Shown in pieces: positions 13,313 through 25,182 of a stretch of DNA of 64,000 nt. The stretch covers positions 3,286,001-3,350,000 of the forward strand of contig CM030334.1 of the NCBI GenBank assembly GCA_017654855.1, read 5' to 3'. The notes beneath the pieces are model-generated. The model had not been told where the DNA came from. It saw only the letters and a program-made list of their open reading frames with translations, and made no database searches. The position numbers were made by a program, and so were the translations under genes. Every line of letters begins with the position of its first letter. Positions within the stretch are counted from its first letter, which is position 1. The DNA comes from Podospora anserina. Taxonomy: Eukaryota.

Positions 13313-15183
13313 GGGGTTGGTTTTTGAGCATGGTTTCATGAGGTTGATGTTTGTGGGTTTGGTTGGGTTTTGGAGATGTTCAGTTGACTGTCTACGGCAG
13401 CCGATCCATGATATATCAAGGAATGTTTCAGACGATAAAGCTACTGTTCACCAAAGCCCCTCTTGCTATGACTTCACCTTAATCGAAGTAATGTTTGTCT
13501 GTTCTGATGTTGCTTCAAGCAAGCTATAAATGGATACCGGCCACGTGGGGTCGGTATTGAATGTGATCCATTCCCATCCTTGTCCTTGGGATATCGGCTG
13601 ATCCCGCAGTTATCGTCAGATACAGTTATCCACCCGGGTTCTTTCCATATCAGTTCACCACAACGCGAAAGAGAAGAAAAAGAAAGAAACAAAACAATAA
13701 CTTTAGCTGCGGTTACACAGATGCGAGGAGAGCAAGACCGTCGACCCCCTCGACAAAGCAAGCTTGCCACAGTTCCATTAACGAGTTTCACCTCCCACCG
13801 CGCGAGCGAGCGAGCGGGCGTGCGGGCGGGCAGACAAGAATCAAGCCCTGTCTCGAGCTGGAGACACAGACAGCCGTTGACTATCAGACCAGGGGTTGGA
13901 AGAGGGCGAGAGATCAGTCGGATCGGTCGACGTTCTCGTCCCTTTTCTCGGCTACCTAACACAGTAGGAGCTGACCCAGCATCTTCTCTTTGGTGCAGAA
14001 CAACCACACTGCATGCATCGTCTTCTGTGCCCGGTTCAGAACAGTCCGCAGCCCAACATCTTATCTTCAATTCAACCGACCCTCTAGAGGGATGGAGAGT
14101 TAGGTAGGTAGGTAGGTGACGAGCAGCAGCAGCAGCAGCGCTTCCGAACGAGGGAGGGAAAGCTCAACAGACACACTCTTTTTTTGTCTTGGGAGTGTGA
14201 CAGGTTTTGACCCGCTAGACAAGGTCGCAAGTCTTTTTGTGGATTGACCAGGTCCCATCCAACATTTCAACACTCGGACAAAGAAATATCATGTTTTCTT
14301 GACCAAATTCTTGACCAAACGGTAAAGCGGCACCCCTGGCTTGGTTGAGAGGTTGCTTGAGTATTCTTGTGCCTGAAACTGTATAACATACGGATTATCG
14401 TAAACACTTTGCTCGGTTCTCATCTCAAACTAGCCTTTCGACTTCATCTCTACATCTATTCGTCTTTGAGAACCTGGAAGAAATTGAATCTTACGAGATA
14501 AAAGTCAGTAAGCAATTAAGTAATCTGCCACTCAACAACCCCCCGCCCCCCCATGACACCTCAAACCACCCCTCACACAGTTATCACCTGAATCACCACC
14601 ATATTGACTCAAAATATATCATTTCAACCATCTCCCCGCCTCTTCATAACTATCCAGCTACGCATACTCAAACAAACTCATCCGCTTCCACTCCAAGAAA
14701 AATACCTCACACCAACAGCACAATGCAAGTAATCAGCTATATATACAAATACCACCACCCCAAGAACAAGCCCTGATATCACTCAGCTGTAGAAATCCCA
14801 TCTCCTACCCACCAAAATCCTCCCCAATCCAGCATCCAGAAACGCCTTGTTGTGGAAAGTGTTTATTCTATCCATTCCATTGTAATCCCCTCTCCCGGCC
14901 TCTAGTTGTAAAAAAGAATAGGCCACCTCCCACCAAGAGTATCTCCAACAAAAGAATGCCTTGCAATCAGCAACGCCCCGAATAATGATGATCAACTCAA
15001 GAAAAGTCCAGCAGTCCAGTAAAAAATAATAATAAAAAAAGCGACAAAGAAAACATGATTCTCGGTAAGACAATGCATGAAGCAAAAATGATATATGCCA
15101 GAAACGCAACCGAAAAAAGAAAGAAAAAATGCAAAAGGGTATCTCGCCGCCACGTCCTCCACCATTCCCATATGCCACCGGTC

Positions 15184-18100
15184 TCAAGCAGACCCAGGCT
15201 CCTCACAAAGCACAGCATCCGTAAACGTCCCCCCCCTGCTCCCCTCCGAACTCGACGAGCCTTGCCCAGAGGTCCTCGGCCTGTCCCTAACAAAAGAATC
15301 CTTCTCCTCCTCGCTGAGCCGCAGTCGAAGCTTCTCGTCCAGCATGCTGACCAATCGCTCACTATACTGGTCCAGTAGGCCGCTCAGCATCGACTCGCTG
15401 ACTGGCTTGTGCTCGTCCGGCTCGCGGCTGCTCCTGCTCCTGATCGCCCGTTCCCCGAGCGCCGCCGCCGTAAGCCGGAGTTCGGCGTCGAGTTCAGAGA
15501 GAACATCACTGTTGATGGAATCGCTCGAGTTTAGTTTCTTGCGGTAGGCCCGTAGTTGACGGCAGGTTTGCTCGGTGGCCATGCTGAGGCTGCCAAAGCC
15601 ATACCCGCTCCGCATATTTTGGTTGGACTTCTTCTTGGACTTGATGCTCGCCGTCGGCGTCATGTTCAAGGCCGGGAGAGATGGTCGGCGAAACATCCGC
15701 GCCCTGTTCTTGGGGCTATCGGGTGGTGGAGGAGGGCTATCTGATCTGCTGCCTCCTGAAGAGGCTCGCCGAGAGGGAGTCTCTTCTGCTACCCCGCTCC
15801 CCGGGCTGAGTTGTTGCTTTTCGGTGTTGGGCGTCCTCGCCGTGTTTGTCGTCACATGGAACTTACTAGCCCGCCGATGTGAAGCACGGGGCGGTGATCT
15901 ACGCCCGCCAGGGGACGTTGTTGGCCGTTGAAACTCGGCTAATTCTGCTTTCGAGAGAACCTTTCGTAACGGCGGTCTGGTGGATGTCGAGATGTTCTTG
16001 TCGGGTGACGGATCGCGAGTTCGTGACCCGCCAGCGACGGGATCTTGAAAGTCAAGCGTCCAGATCATAATGGTACCATCCTCGCCCACACTGACGACTC
16101 TCTTTCCACCTTCATCACCGTCGATCAAAACGACACCATTGATAGCCTCGGTGTGGCCCCATTCGCGGTCCAAAAACAACCCAGACTGAGCGTCGTATAT
16201 CCGCACCGATTTGTCCGTGTTGGAGATACCCAGCAAGAACGACAGATCACCATTTCCAAGCTGGCCAAATGTGAGTGATTCCAAAACGACAGATTCCAGT
16301 CCCGCCTCATCGTTGCACTTGAAAGACCCAAGCAGCCGCCCAGTTGTGAAATCATAATGGCAGACCGAGCGGTCCAGCAAAGCGACATAGATCGCCTTCT
16401 CATCAGGTGTCACCGTCATGGATGACGGAGAAGCCTTTAGTGAAACGACCTTGGAGGGTATCGCGGCCATAGCATCCGGCTCGTTCTCCTTGGTGACCAA
16501 ATCGTGTATCTGAATCGTTCGATCCAGGGAGCACGTCATGAGCTTATCCTCAGTAGGGATGAGCACTTGCACAACCTTGGCAGTGAACTCCAGTGTCTGG
16601 AAGTGCTCAAAAGCACCTGTCGCCAACCGTTGAAACAGTTGGACTGTTCGGTCTCTGCCGCAGGAAGCGATGAGGGTTCTCGACTGGCCCTCGTGAATCG
16701 TGATATCCTGGCAGTCTGACGAATGAGCCTTGGTCTCCATCACGCACCCTCCTGTCGAAGAGTCCACGATCCGAAGAACACCCAGCTTGTCGCCAGCAAC
16801 GAAGAGGCTGCCGTCACCTGTGGCTCTCACCACAACAACTTGATTGACCTCGACCTCGTTGCCCATGTCGAGTTGTTCAATGGGAACATCAAAGGATGAT
16901 TTGATCATGCCGTCCAGGTCCCAGATATTCACTCGCCCGAAGCCGGCCCACGTGAAGAAAGCGGCACCGAGTTTATTCGACGCAGAGAGCCGCTGGGTGC
17001 CAACGATAGGATCACCCGGGCCTGGTATAGGGATGCGTTTTGTGTCGTCTGGGGTAGTCCCAGGCATGTATTCCGGACCCCAAACATCAATCGACTGCTT
17101 GCTGTTGACCGTCACCAGGTTTTCAGCCAAGAACCCCATGGCCGCGAGGCCTTCGGAGGTCTGTGAGCTCCGAAGTGTTGGGTCTGGCGTGCCACTGAGG
17201 ATTCCCTCGAGACTCACGAGGGCGAAATCGCCGTCCTCTTTGCCGCCCACATATACGCTCCCGTTTCGGCTGGAGATGCAGCCAATGTTGAAGCCAAGGT
17301 CCAGCACCTTGACCAGTTTCATTTGTTTATTCGTGTCGTCCAACAGGCACACGTGGCCCGTTTCCGAACAGACAATGGCTTTCTCGTCGCTGATGGCGAT
17401 TGCGCAGACGAATGTTTCGTCCAGCATGGTGCCCAGAAGAATGTTTCTTCCGGAAAGGGGTTTTTGGGCTTGCTGAGCGGCGGCCTGAGCAGCTTGCTCT
17501 CCGCCAAACCTAGGCTTCACCGGGGTGGCTATTGAGCCTTCATCCACCCTCCAAACTTTCACGTGACGGACGCCCAGCGTAATCAGGTTGCTGCCCATCC
17601 AAAACAAGCCCTTCACCTGAGCGGTACACCGATTTTGTTGAAACAGCTTTGCCGCACCTGTGCGGGGATCGATTTTCCATAGGTAAAGAAACCCATCGTT
17701 GGCAGCACCTAAGGAGGCCAGAAATTTGGTGTCTGGGGACCATGCCACGGCGTTGACGCCAAACGTGTGTTCGCTAATCGAGACCAGTGGCGTGTCCGAG
17801 GAAACGTCCTGGAGGTTGAATATGAGTACCCGCGGAGCATAGCCCGTCTCGCCCACGGCGAGATATCTTCCATCTCTACTGAGGGCCAGACAGGTGGCTG
17901 CCTTGATGCGCTCTCGACTCGTCCAGGTTTTGGAGCTTGGTGCGTCCAGCCAGTCTGAGCCGCCATATGAACCCTCTCGCGGGGAGGGCGCCGTTCGGTT
18001 CCTACTATCGTTTGCTTTTGGGGTGCTGTTCAGTGTAGAAGATGAATTCGAGACCGGAGACACGGAAAATACGGGCACAGCCGAGGGTCTGGCCCGGTAG

Positions 18101-18345
18101 AATCGTTGAGAATAATGCTCGCCAGACACGTCCACCACCACCACGGCGCCGCCAGCAATATAGGCGAACGATGAGTGGACGGTATCAAATCCGGTCGGGG
18201 AGCTGCAGGTTGTACCTATCACACGTCGGAGAGACAGGCCGGGTTCGCAGAAGCCGCGGGGCCGGATGGGAGAACGCGAGGGTCGGGAAAGATATGGAGA
18301 GTTGTTGGGCGTAAGCTTAAGCCGGTTGGAGGGAGTGGATGCCAT
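15184..18345 (-). CDS. WD40-repeat protein, WDR62/MAPKBP1-like
   Basis: 1053-aa uninterrupted ORF. LRRVIG start of the propeller, LAVGETG..PRV, ASCGRDRTVQ, WGHTEAIN; Ser/Pro-rich linker and helical C-terminus. Confidence 0.88.
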   Translation of the reverse strand: MASTPSNRLKLTPNNSPYLSRPSRSPIRPRGFCEPGLSLRRVIGTTCSSPTGFDTVHSSFAYIAGGAVVVVDVSGEHYSQRFYRARPSAVPVFSVSPVSNSSSTLNSTPKANDSRNRTAPSPREGSYGGSDWLDAPSSKTWTSRERIKAATCLALSRDGRYLAVGETGYAPRVLIFNLQDVSSDTPLVSISEHTFGVNAVAWSPDTKFLASLGAANDGFLYLWKIDPRTGAAKLFQQNRCTAQVKGLFWMGSNLITLGVRHVKVWRVDEGSIATPVKPRFGGEQAAQAAAQQAQKPLSGRNILLGTMLDETFVCAIAISDEKAIVCSETGHVCLLDDTNKQMKLVKVLDLGFNIGCISSRNGSVYVGGKEDGDFALVSLEGILSGTPDPTLRSSQTSEGLAAMGFLAENLVTVNSKQSIDVWGPEYMPGTTPDDTKRIPIPGPGDPIVGTQRLSASNKLGAAFFTWAGFGRVNIWDLDGMIKSSFDVPIEQLDMGNEVEVNQVVVVRATGDGSLFVAGDKLGVLRIVDSSTGGCVMETKAHSSDCQDITIHEGQSRTLIASCGRDRTVQLFQRLATGAFEHFQTLEFTAKVVQVLIPTEDKLMTCSLDRTIQIHDLVTKENEPDAMAAIPSKVVSLKASPSSMTVTPDEKAIYVALLDRSVCHYDFTTGRLLGSFKCNDEAGLESVVLESLTFGQLGNGDLSFLLGISNTDKSVRIYDAQSGLFLDREWGHTEAINGVVLIDGDEGGKRVVSVGEDGTIMIWTLDFQDPVAGGSRTRDPSPDKNISTSTRPPLRKVLSKAELAEFQRPTTSPGGRRSPPRASHRRASKFHVTTNTARTPNTEKQQLSPGSGVAEETPSRRASSGGSRSDSPPPPPDSPKNRARMFRRPSLPALNMTPTASIKSKKKSNQNMRSGYGFGSLSMATEQTCRQLRAYRKKLNSSDSINSDVLSELDAELRLTAAALGERAIRSRSSREPDEHKPVSESMLSGLLDQYSERLVSMLDEKLRLRLSEEEKDSFVRDRPRTSGQGSSSSEGSRGGTFTDAVLCEEPGSA

Positions 18346-19652
18346 CGCTCATAGCCATGTGCTGGATCGACTTGGCCTACGACGATGGACCGAGTCGGGA
18401 TGAAAAGAACCAGAGACGAACGGGGGACCAGGGACGTCTGACTAAGGAGTAAGAAACATCTGCACGGGTCGAGAGGTTTGGGTGAGTGTAACGTGTTGGG
18501 AAACAGCGGAGGCTGGGTGACTTTGAAGGTGACTGGGGCGGGCAGCAGTTGGGCAGTTGCGAGGCGGCGGTTGAGGTTGAAGTTGAGAGCAGGCGGGAGC
18601 TGTCCTAAACGAGTGATGACAGAATGGCGGGCCTGTCTTCGGATACACGTAGAAAGCTGCAGAGGCGTCCGAGTTGACCTTGGTCAGAAAGCATGCTTGG
18701 AGATAGGCGCAGTACTTTGCAGGCAGGAGAGGAGATAAGATCGGATGGCGGTCGGGAGAGGAGAGAGCTTACAGTGACATTGACCGGCGGTGCAACGAGA
18801 CAAAGTCAATTGTCTCGGGCAGGTGTCGTCGGTCAGGGCAACGGCGCAACGCTCAGCATTTGCTTTTGGTGACTTTCAAAGATGTCGAGGGGAAAAAATC
18901 ACCCACCACTGGGCACCCAAAATGCATCTGGATCTCTTCTCAACTGGGCTCTTCCCACAGGGCAAGCCTTTCCTCTGTTGAGCGAAGCACCCACCATTTG
19001 TTTACAGGGGTGCAGGGAGGGCTGGTGGTGGGCAGGGGTTTGATGTGGCCCGTGCTCCGCTACCTTGTTTTTTAGCGCTGTTGTTGCCCGGCATATCAAT
19101 TGGTCAATTGGGCTAGCCCTTTCCGAATCGGGCTGAATATCTGAGCTGCCCGCCAATCACAGGAATGTACCGGTAGCCGGGAGTGACCCCACTCCCGTCA
19201 TGCCATTTCTCTTTTCTTTTCCCCGCGAGGACAAGAGCCGTTCCTTTTTGGCAAGGCGATCATGCAATGTTACCTGGCTACGAAGTATTGGTGCTAGCAC
19301 TGGCACTGGCAGCGGCAGAGTGATGTGTCTGTCTGACATCGCCTAACCCTCAAGATTGTGCAACAATTGTCCATCTTAAACCTTAAATGAGCCCCCCACG
19401 ATGTCAATCACTGACGAGCCAGTTTGGCCGTGTCAAAGGCCACGGGACCGGGGTGTCGGTGACAGCCCGCGGCACTGCATTAGCGCTTGTGCTGGCGAGC
19501 CATGAGGCGAGATGAGATGGCTTGTGCTGATCTGAATGTCCGGGGTAAAAAGGGCTTTCTTGGCTTCCTTATCATCTCAGCACCACAGAGAGATACGTTA
19601 TCGGGTTATATACAGCGTTGTACAGTTTGGGTCCTCCATGGCCACATCTCAC

Positions 19653-21038
19653 TCAGCCCAAGAAACCCCCCATCTTCCTCCTACCCCGATTCCACTTGGG
19701 ATCGCGTACCACACCCTCGGCACGCCACTTCGCAGGCGGTTTCTTTCCAAGCTCAGCCCATTGAGCCCAAACCCGTTTGCCACGGTTAAACCATCTCCCC
19801 TGTCGCTCCTCCTCCTCCTCGGCGTCCGGTGTCCATTTCGACTTGAGAATTCTGCGGATAGCCTCCGGGGATACCTCGAACCTCTTGGCGAGCGTGGCGG
19901 TGTTGTACTGCTCAGGGAACTGCTTGTGCAAGGCCCGAATACCAGCAAGAGCGTCTGGCGACAGCTTCTTGCGCGGCATCCAGCCCTCTGGGAACTTTGC
20001 CTTGAGCGCCTCTTTCTGAATCTGCCACTCTTCCTTGCCCGCAGCCTCGGCCTCGGCCTCAGCCTTCCTTTTCGCCTCTTCGAATTCCTGCCGCCTCCTT
20101 TCCTTTCGTGCCAACTTGAGCTCGGCCTTCCTTGCCAGCCTTTCGGCACGAGCAGCCTCAAGTTTCAGAGCCATCGGGTTCGTTCGCTCCCGTTCTTCAC
20201 GCTCCTTCTTCTCCTTCAAGGCCTTCTGTAGCTCGACCTTACCCATCGTCACTTCTCCGGACTCCATCATTTCCAGCTTCTTTCGCCTTCTCTCTTCCCT
20301 TTCCTTCTTCAGCCTCTTGATCTTGTACTCCATGGGCTCCTTCTTGGGCGCACATTTTTCTGGCCTGTCGCGTTTTGGCCTCTTGCTTTTTGGCTTATCC
20401 TCCTTTTCGGCAGGCTGGGTGTCGGGTTCTCTTTCAACAGTGGTTTGGTCCTGTATTGGTCGGTCGTTGGATGGCACCTCGTCTTGATCCTTTGCTGGTA
20501 ATTCACGAGACGGCGCCTCGTCATTTTCCTCCCCAACAACCATTGTGGTGTCGTGTTCCGCATCTGCCACTGCGCTGGCCTCTTCCCCCCCCTCCGGCTT
20601 CATTGCGGCAGCTTGCTGCGCCTTCTTCAACTTTTTTCTAGCCCATTTTCCCAGAGGTTTTGGCTGAACCTCGCCAGAGTCTTGTGGGCTGGCCGATTCA
20701 TTCTGTGCTGGTGTTTGAGCGTCTATCGTCACCTCTGTCGGTTCAAAAGGTGCATCGTGGGTGGTTTCGAAGACAATCTTGGGAGGACTTAGTTCCTGGT
20801 GCGCGGGGAGCCCTTCTGGCGGTGGCCAAGCACCCTCTTCTCTCCCCTCAGGGCATGATGTGTGAAGTAACCTGTCTCGTGTGCTACCGAGAGCAATTGT
20901 CCGTTGTAACGTGGATAATCGAGTCAGTGTCGAGTGGTAGCGAGGAATGCGATATGCGCTCGTTGGTGGCGGGAAGTGGATTTGGCTGATGTTTCTGACA
21001 AATATTCGCAGGGCGGCCGTGCGGCAACAGCTATTCAT
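19653..21038 (-). CDS. RRG9: Mitochondrial neugrin-family protein (required for respiratory growth 9)
   Basis: Arg-rich presequence-like N-terminus; [47 protein letters not shown] neugrin motif. Confidence 0.88.
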   Translation of the reverse strand: MNSCCRTAALRIFVRNISQIHFPPPTSAYRIPRYHSTLTRLSTLQRTIALGSTRDRLLHTSCPEGREEGAWPPPEGLPAHQELSPPKIVFETTHDAPFEPTEVTIDAQTPAQNESASPQDSGEVQPKPLGKWARKKLKKAQQAAAMKPEGGEEASAVADAEHDTTMVVGEENDEAPSRELPAKDQDEVPSNDRPIQDQTTVEREPDTQPAEKEDKPKSKRPKRDRPEKCAPKKEPMEYKIKRLKKEREERRRKKLEMMESGEVTMGKVELQKALKEKKEREERERTNPMALKLEAARAERLARKAELKLARKERRRQEFEEAKRKAEAEAEAAGKEEWQIQKEALKAKFPEGWMPRKKLSPDALAGIRALHKQFPEQYNTATLAKRFEVSPEAIRRILKSKWTPDAEEEEERQGRWFNRGKRVWAQWAELGKKPPAKWRAEGVVRDPKWNRGRRKMGGFLG

Positions 21039-21056
21039 GGTGAAGTCGGGTATGAA

Positions 21057-21110
21057 TTGGCTGTGTGGTTATTGGCTGTGTGGTTATTGGCTGTGTGGTT
21101 GTTGGCTGTT
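21057..21110. repeat. 15-bp tandem repeat TTGGCTGTGTGGTTA, about 3.5 copies, immediately 5' of the RRG9 start
   Basis: Directly visible. Confidence 0.85.
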
Positions 21111-22082
21111 GTTGACTTTCGATGTTGGACTCGGCCTGTCCAGAAAATTTCCAGGGACGCAAAGGGTTCGCGACGGGCTTAGCGGCACCGTTGCTATCGG
21201 GATCGCTATCAGCGACAGTGGTCAGTGCTCACAGCTTCTACAGCCCCACCCGAGCGAACCGCCTTGTCCCACCTCAACCCAACGACATGCCTCTATTTCT
21301 AATAAGGAGGACAGACGGACATATTGGGTGAGAGATTTATGGTAACGAACAGGCACTACCGAGGCGCAGAATGCCATCTAATCGCCAAGAAAAACACCAC
21401 GTCGGCCTCGTACATTGCCGACATTGCGGACGACGCCCAAGAACGGACACGTCCTCGTCCGAGCCGCCTTGGCCGCATCGACTCGTCGACTGTCAAGTGA
21501 AGGATAGATTGCTCGGTCCAGCCATACCCCCTGGATTCTGCTGCCGAAGCCATACCATGTGAATATCCGGTACTCCTATGTATGGATTGAGGGGGGACTG
21601 TGCCTTGCTGTTCCGTGCTATCACCAGTCCCGCACACGGTACGGTAATGGGGTGTGCTGCAACCCTGTTGTGGCGAATAGCGTGCACCTCACGTCATGAA
21701 TGCTCGGGGACCTGATGAATCCTTTTTCCTCGTAGGGTTAGCTCTGTGAGTGAACGCCGCCTCGGCAAAATGGAGGGAAGTTGTGATTCGCGATGAGGGT
21801 TGTATTCTAGAGTCTGTATCCTCTCTACGCCTCTTCCTGGTGCGGCCAAACAGATATTTCTCGGACTAGAGCTGCTTTCTCAGCAAAGCAGTGTGCTCGC
21901 GAGTACGAGTTGTGAGGAGAGTCACATTGTTGAAGGCACAGATAGATGCCCAAGGGGTCTTATATGTAGTCTGGGATGTATATATGAGCCCTTTCCACGT
22001 CCGCTAGGCGAACCATGGAGTTGAATCCTATTCTCCACGACCACAGCGTTGGGATTACTCGATCCTACCTTCCTGATCCAAC

Positions 22083-23537
22083 ATGCCGCCCCCTTACGTC
22101 CTCGAGCCAGGGAGGCGTGTGAACGCCTGGGACTATGAGTTCGAGTGGACGTCGGAGCACTACACGGCAGAGCAGCTCAAGCCCCTGATCTACACCTACG
22201 ACGAGCTTGCCTCCAAGGCCCTCGACCGCCTGGACGAGATAGCTGCCGAGTCTCAGTCCAAGACATCATCACCTCCATACTCAGACTCACCACCACCCTC
22301 AACCTCAAGCCCGTCCTCATGCCCCTCCTCCCACGCCCAACACCTCTTCTCCCTCCTCCAAACCCACGCCCCCCACGACCCAGTCTTATCCCCTCTCTGG
22401 TCCCAACTCACCACCACCCCCCCCTGGGTCTCCCCTCCCCAAATCACCTCCGGCCAGCAAATCTTCTACCGCTACCTCGGCCCCTCAATAGTAGGCCTCA
22501 CCTTCCAAGCCCTCCTCGGCGGCTTCGGCTCCCCCCGAATAGCCGCCACCCTCTCCCTAACAGGCGGCTTCACCCCCCGCTTCGCCCGCCGCCGCCTCCT
22601 CGAAACCTTCCAGCACGTCCTCGACATCACCTCCTCCCCCTCCGCCCTCCACCCCCCCACCGGCCGCGGCTTCGTCTCCTCCGTAAAAGTCCGCCTCCTC
22701 CACGCCACCGTCCGCCGCAAGATTTTATCCCTATCCAGCTCAAAACCAGACTGGTTCAACGTTCAAGAAAACGGCATCCCCTGCAACGACCTCGATTCCA
22801 TAGGGACAATAACAGCCTTCAGCACCATGCTGCTTTTTATCGGATTCCCTCGACAGGGGATATGGTTGTCCGATCAAGAAAAGGAGGATTACCTCGCCCT
22901 ATGGCGGTATGTAGCCTACCTCTTAGGCACCCCGACCGCCCCGTTTGAAAACGTCACCACGGCAAAGGTCTGGTTGGAAAGCCTGATCGTCTCCGAGATC
23001 TGCCCGTCGGGAGTGTCGAAACAGCTGGCGGAAAACATGATCGCCTCTCTCGCTCTAACCCCCCCAACATACGCTAGCAGGGCCTTCCTCCGAGCAGAAG
23101 GGTACTGGCTCAACGGACCTGCTTTATCACAAAAGCTCGGGATCGAGAGGCCGAAATGGTGGTATCTCGTTCTTGTGGGCGGGCAGTGCGGGTATTTCAT
23201 GGCGGTTTCCTATTTCAAAAAATATCTCTTGCCCAGAAAATGGGAGGAGGGGCAGGTGGAGAGACTGAAAAGGGTGCTGAGGGAGGTTACCGTCCGGGAG
23301 GCGGGCGGGAGGGAGGCAGGGTTCGAGTTTAGGTTTGTGCCTAGCTGGAGGCAGCTTCACTTGACTGAGAAGGGTGAGGAGGAGACACAAAAACAAAAAA
23401 AAGACAGGTTTGGGAACCGGTGGACGGAGTGGAGGAATTTGATGGCTGCTGTCTTGTTGCTCACGGCGGTGGGTTGGTTGGGGTGGTTGAGCACGCGGAT
23501 GGTCTGCAGAGGTGTGGTGAGGATGGTGACACGGTGA
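22083..23537 (+). CDS. DUF2236 / MpaB-like ER-bound oxygenase (rubber-oxygenase-like domain) with C-terminal TM helix
   Basis: PPWV...GQQIFYRY, RRLLETFQ, VRLLHATVR, PCNDLD, YLALWRYVAYLLG motifs typical of the family. 484 aa. Confidence 0.82.
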   Translation: MPPPYVLEPGRRVNAWDYEFEWTSEHYTAEQLKPLIYTYDELASKALDRLDEIAAESQSKTSSPPYSDSPPPSTSSPSSCPSSHAQHLFSLLQTHAPHDPVLSPLWSQLTTTPPWVSPPQITSGQQIFYRYLGPSIVGLTFQALLGGFGSPRIAATLSLTGGFTPRFARRRLLETFQHVLDITSSPSALHPPTGRGFVSSVKVRLLHATVRRKILSLSSSKPDWFNVQENGIPCNDLDSIGTITAFSTMLLFIGFPRQGIWLSDQEKEDYLALWRYVAYLLGTPTAPFENVTTAKVWLESLIVSEICPSGVSKQLAENMIASLALTPPTYASRAFLRAEGYWLNGPALSQKLGIERPKWWYLVLVGGQCGYFMAVSYFKKYLLPRKWEEGQVERLKRVLREVTVREAGGREAGFEFRFVPSWRQLHLTEKGEEETQKQKKDRFGNRWTEWRNLMAAVLLLTAVGWLGWLSTRMVCRGVVRMVTR

Positions 23538-24040
23538 GAAGGAAGGACAAAACGGGGGAGGAGGGGGGCGGTGTAAGGCTGGGAGAAACCCGAGTCTGAA
23601 CGGAACCGCTGATATTCGGAGCCATTGGTTGCCCTGGGACAAAAGAGACAGGAACGCTCAAGACATCGTCTTGGTGAAACACATGTGCAATATAAGGGTT
23701 ACTTGTTACACATACTACGTACAATGCGCACATGCAAAGGAGATATCAGACAGAGTGCGAAAGTATGAACAATTACTTCTACTAGTATCCTGTCCTCATG
23801 CCAATACACAATCTCTCTCCCGCCAGAGACCTGTGTGAGAGAGAGAGAGAGAAAAAGAAATAAAACCACCCACAAAAGACCACCCCCCTCTACTCTCTTT
23901 TGCGCAAAATGCTCCAAAACAATGCTGCTCCCGTAATGTGATACTGTGGAGGATATGCATGCAAGTCCCTAACGCCAGCCAGCCAAGCCTGTTTTCCCCG
24001 AGAAACGCCCTTGTTCGTGAGAATCAAATCAGTCGCTAAA

Positions 24041-24934
24041 TCAATGCTCCATCAACTCGACCGGTGGCCTGGCCGTGTGCGCCATGATCGGCCTTGGCGC
24101 CGTGATATTGACCGGGCTGATGTCCATAACATCCGCATCATCCTCCAGCCCCTCATCCGTCATGTCATCCACCGTCACACACGGCAAGTTCGGGCTCTCC
24201 CCTCCCATCCCAATCACAGGCTGCGGCTGGAAGATCAAGGTCGAGCTCCTGCTCCTCTTCGTCCTCTGACCTCCCCCTTGCGTAGTAGGGCTGACGGGAC
24301 TGACATCCCCCCTCTGGTTAATATTCATCCCGCTATTGGGATCATTCGAATGCCTCAGCTTGGCCAGCGCATCCGCCAAGTCCTCCGCGTGGACCATGGT
24401 ATTAGGCGCGTCCTCTGTCCGGGACTCCCAGCCGTGGGGAGGCGATGGGGGAGGAGAAATGAAAAACAGCCTCCCGGCGTCGGGCAAGGCGAGGTGCTGG
24501 TCCTCCTTGTTGTTGATGGTCTCGAGGTTGATTTGCATGCCGAAGCAGACGCGGCAAGGGCGACCCATGACTTCCCTCTCGTCCCATTCCCGACGGACGG
24601 CGATGGCTTCTTGCTCGGTCGAGAAGACGACCTGGATGCGGGCGGCGAATTTTAGTGGGGAGAAGTGGCGGACTGGGGCGGTTTTGTTGAGGGCGTCTCT
24701 GATGACGGCGAGGTTCTCGGGACGGAAGCAGTCGGGGTCGAGGTCGGTGATGAGGAGGGTGTTGGTGGGTGTTGTTGGCTTCTCCAGCGGTGGGAGGTTG
24801 GAGAGGTCGAGCTTGAGGTTGAGAGAGGCGCCCCGAGAGCGGCCAGATCGTGGGGAGCTGGACATGCTGCTGGGAGAGGGGAGGAGTCCGTCTGGAGAGG
24901 AGGGCATGGCGGTGGGTATCTGAATCGAAGGCAT
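24041..24934 (-). CDS. RCN1: Calcipressin (regulator of calcineurin, RCAN/Rcn1/CbpA)
   Basis: RRM-like region (NTLLITDL, FSPLKF..RIQVVF), LALP, FFISPPPSPPHGW and PxIxIT-like PCVTVD. Confidence 0.92.
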   Translation of the reverse strand: MPSIQIPTAMPSSPDGLLPSPSSMSSSPRSGRSRGASLNLKLDLSNLPPLEKPTTPTNTLLITDLDPDCFRPENLAVIRDALNKTAPVRHFSPLKFAARIQVVFSTEQEAIAVRREWDEREVMGRPCRVCFGMQINLETINNKEDQHLALPDAGRLFFISPPPSPPHGWESRTEDAPNTMVHAEDLADALAKLRHSNDPNSGMNINQRGDVSPVSPTTQGGGQRTKRSRSSTLIFQPQPVIGMGGESPNLPCVTVDDMTDEGLEDDADVMDISPVNITAPRPIMAHTARPPVELMEH

Positions 24935-25123
24935 TTTGATTTGTGTGGTATCGTGTAGTTGTTTGTTTGGGGGTGAAGTCTTGGTTGTTTGAGATCAAGT
25001 AAGTGAGGTGCGGGGGCGGAAGTTTAGTTGCGAACCCGAGGGCTTATTATGCACCGCAAGAGGTAGGTGATGTAAGTAGCAGGTCGGTGTTACTGTAGCT
25101 GTGGAGTGGCAAGCTGTTGATGT

Positions 25124-25182
25124 AGAGATTGGATGCAGATTGGGATGCAGATTGGGATGCAGATTGGATGCAGATGGGAGAT
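25124..25182. repeat. 11-12-bp tandem repeat GATTG(G)GATGCA upstream of calcipressin
   Basis: Directly visible, about 4-5 copies. Confidence 0.8.
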
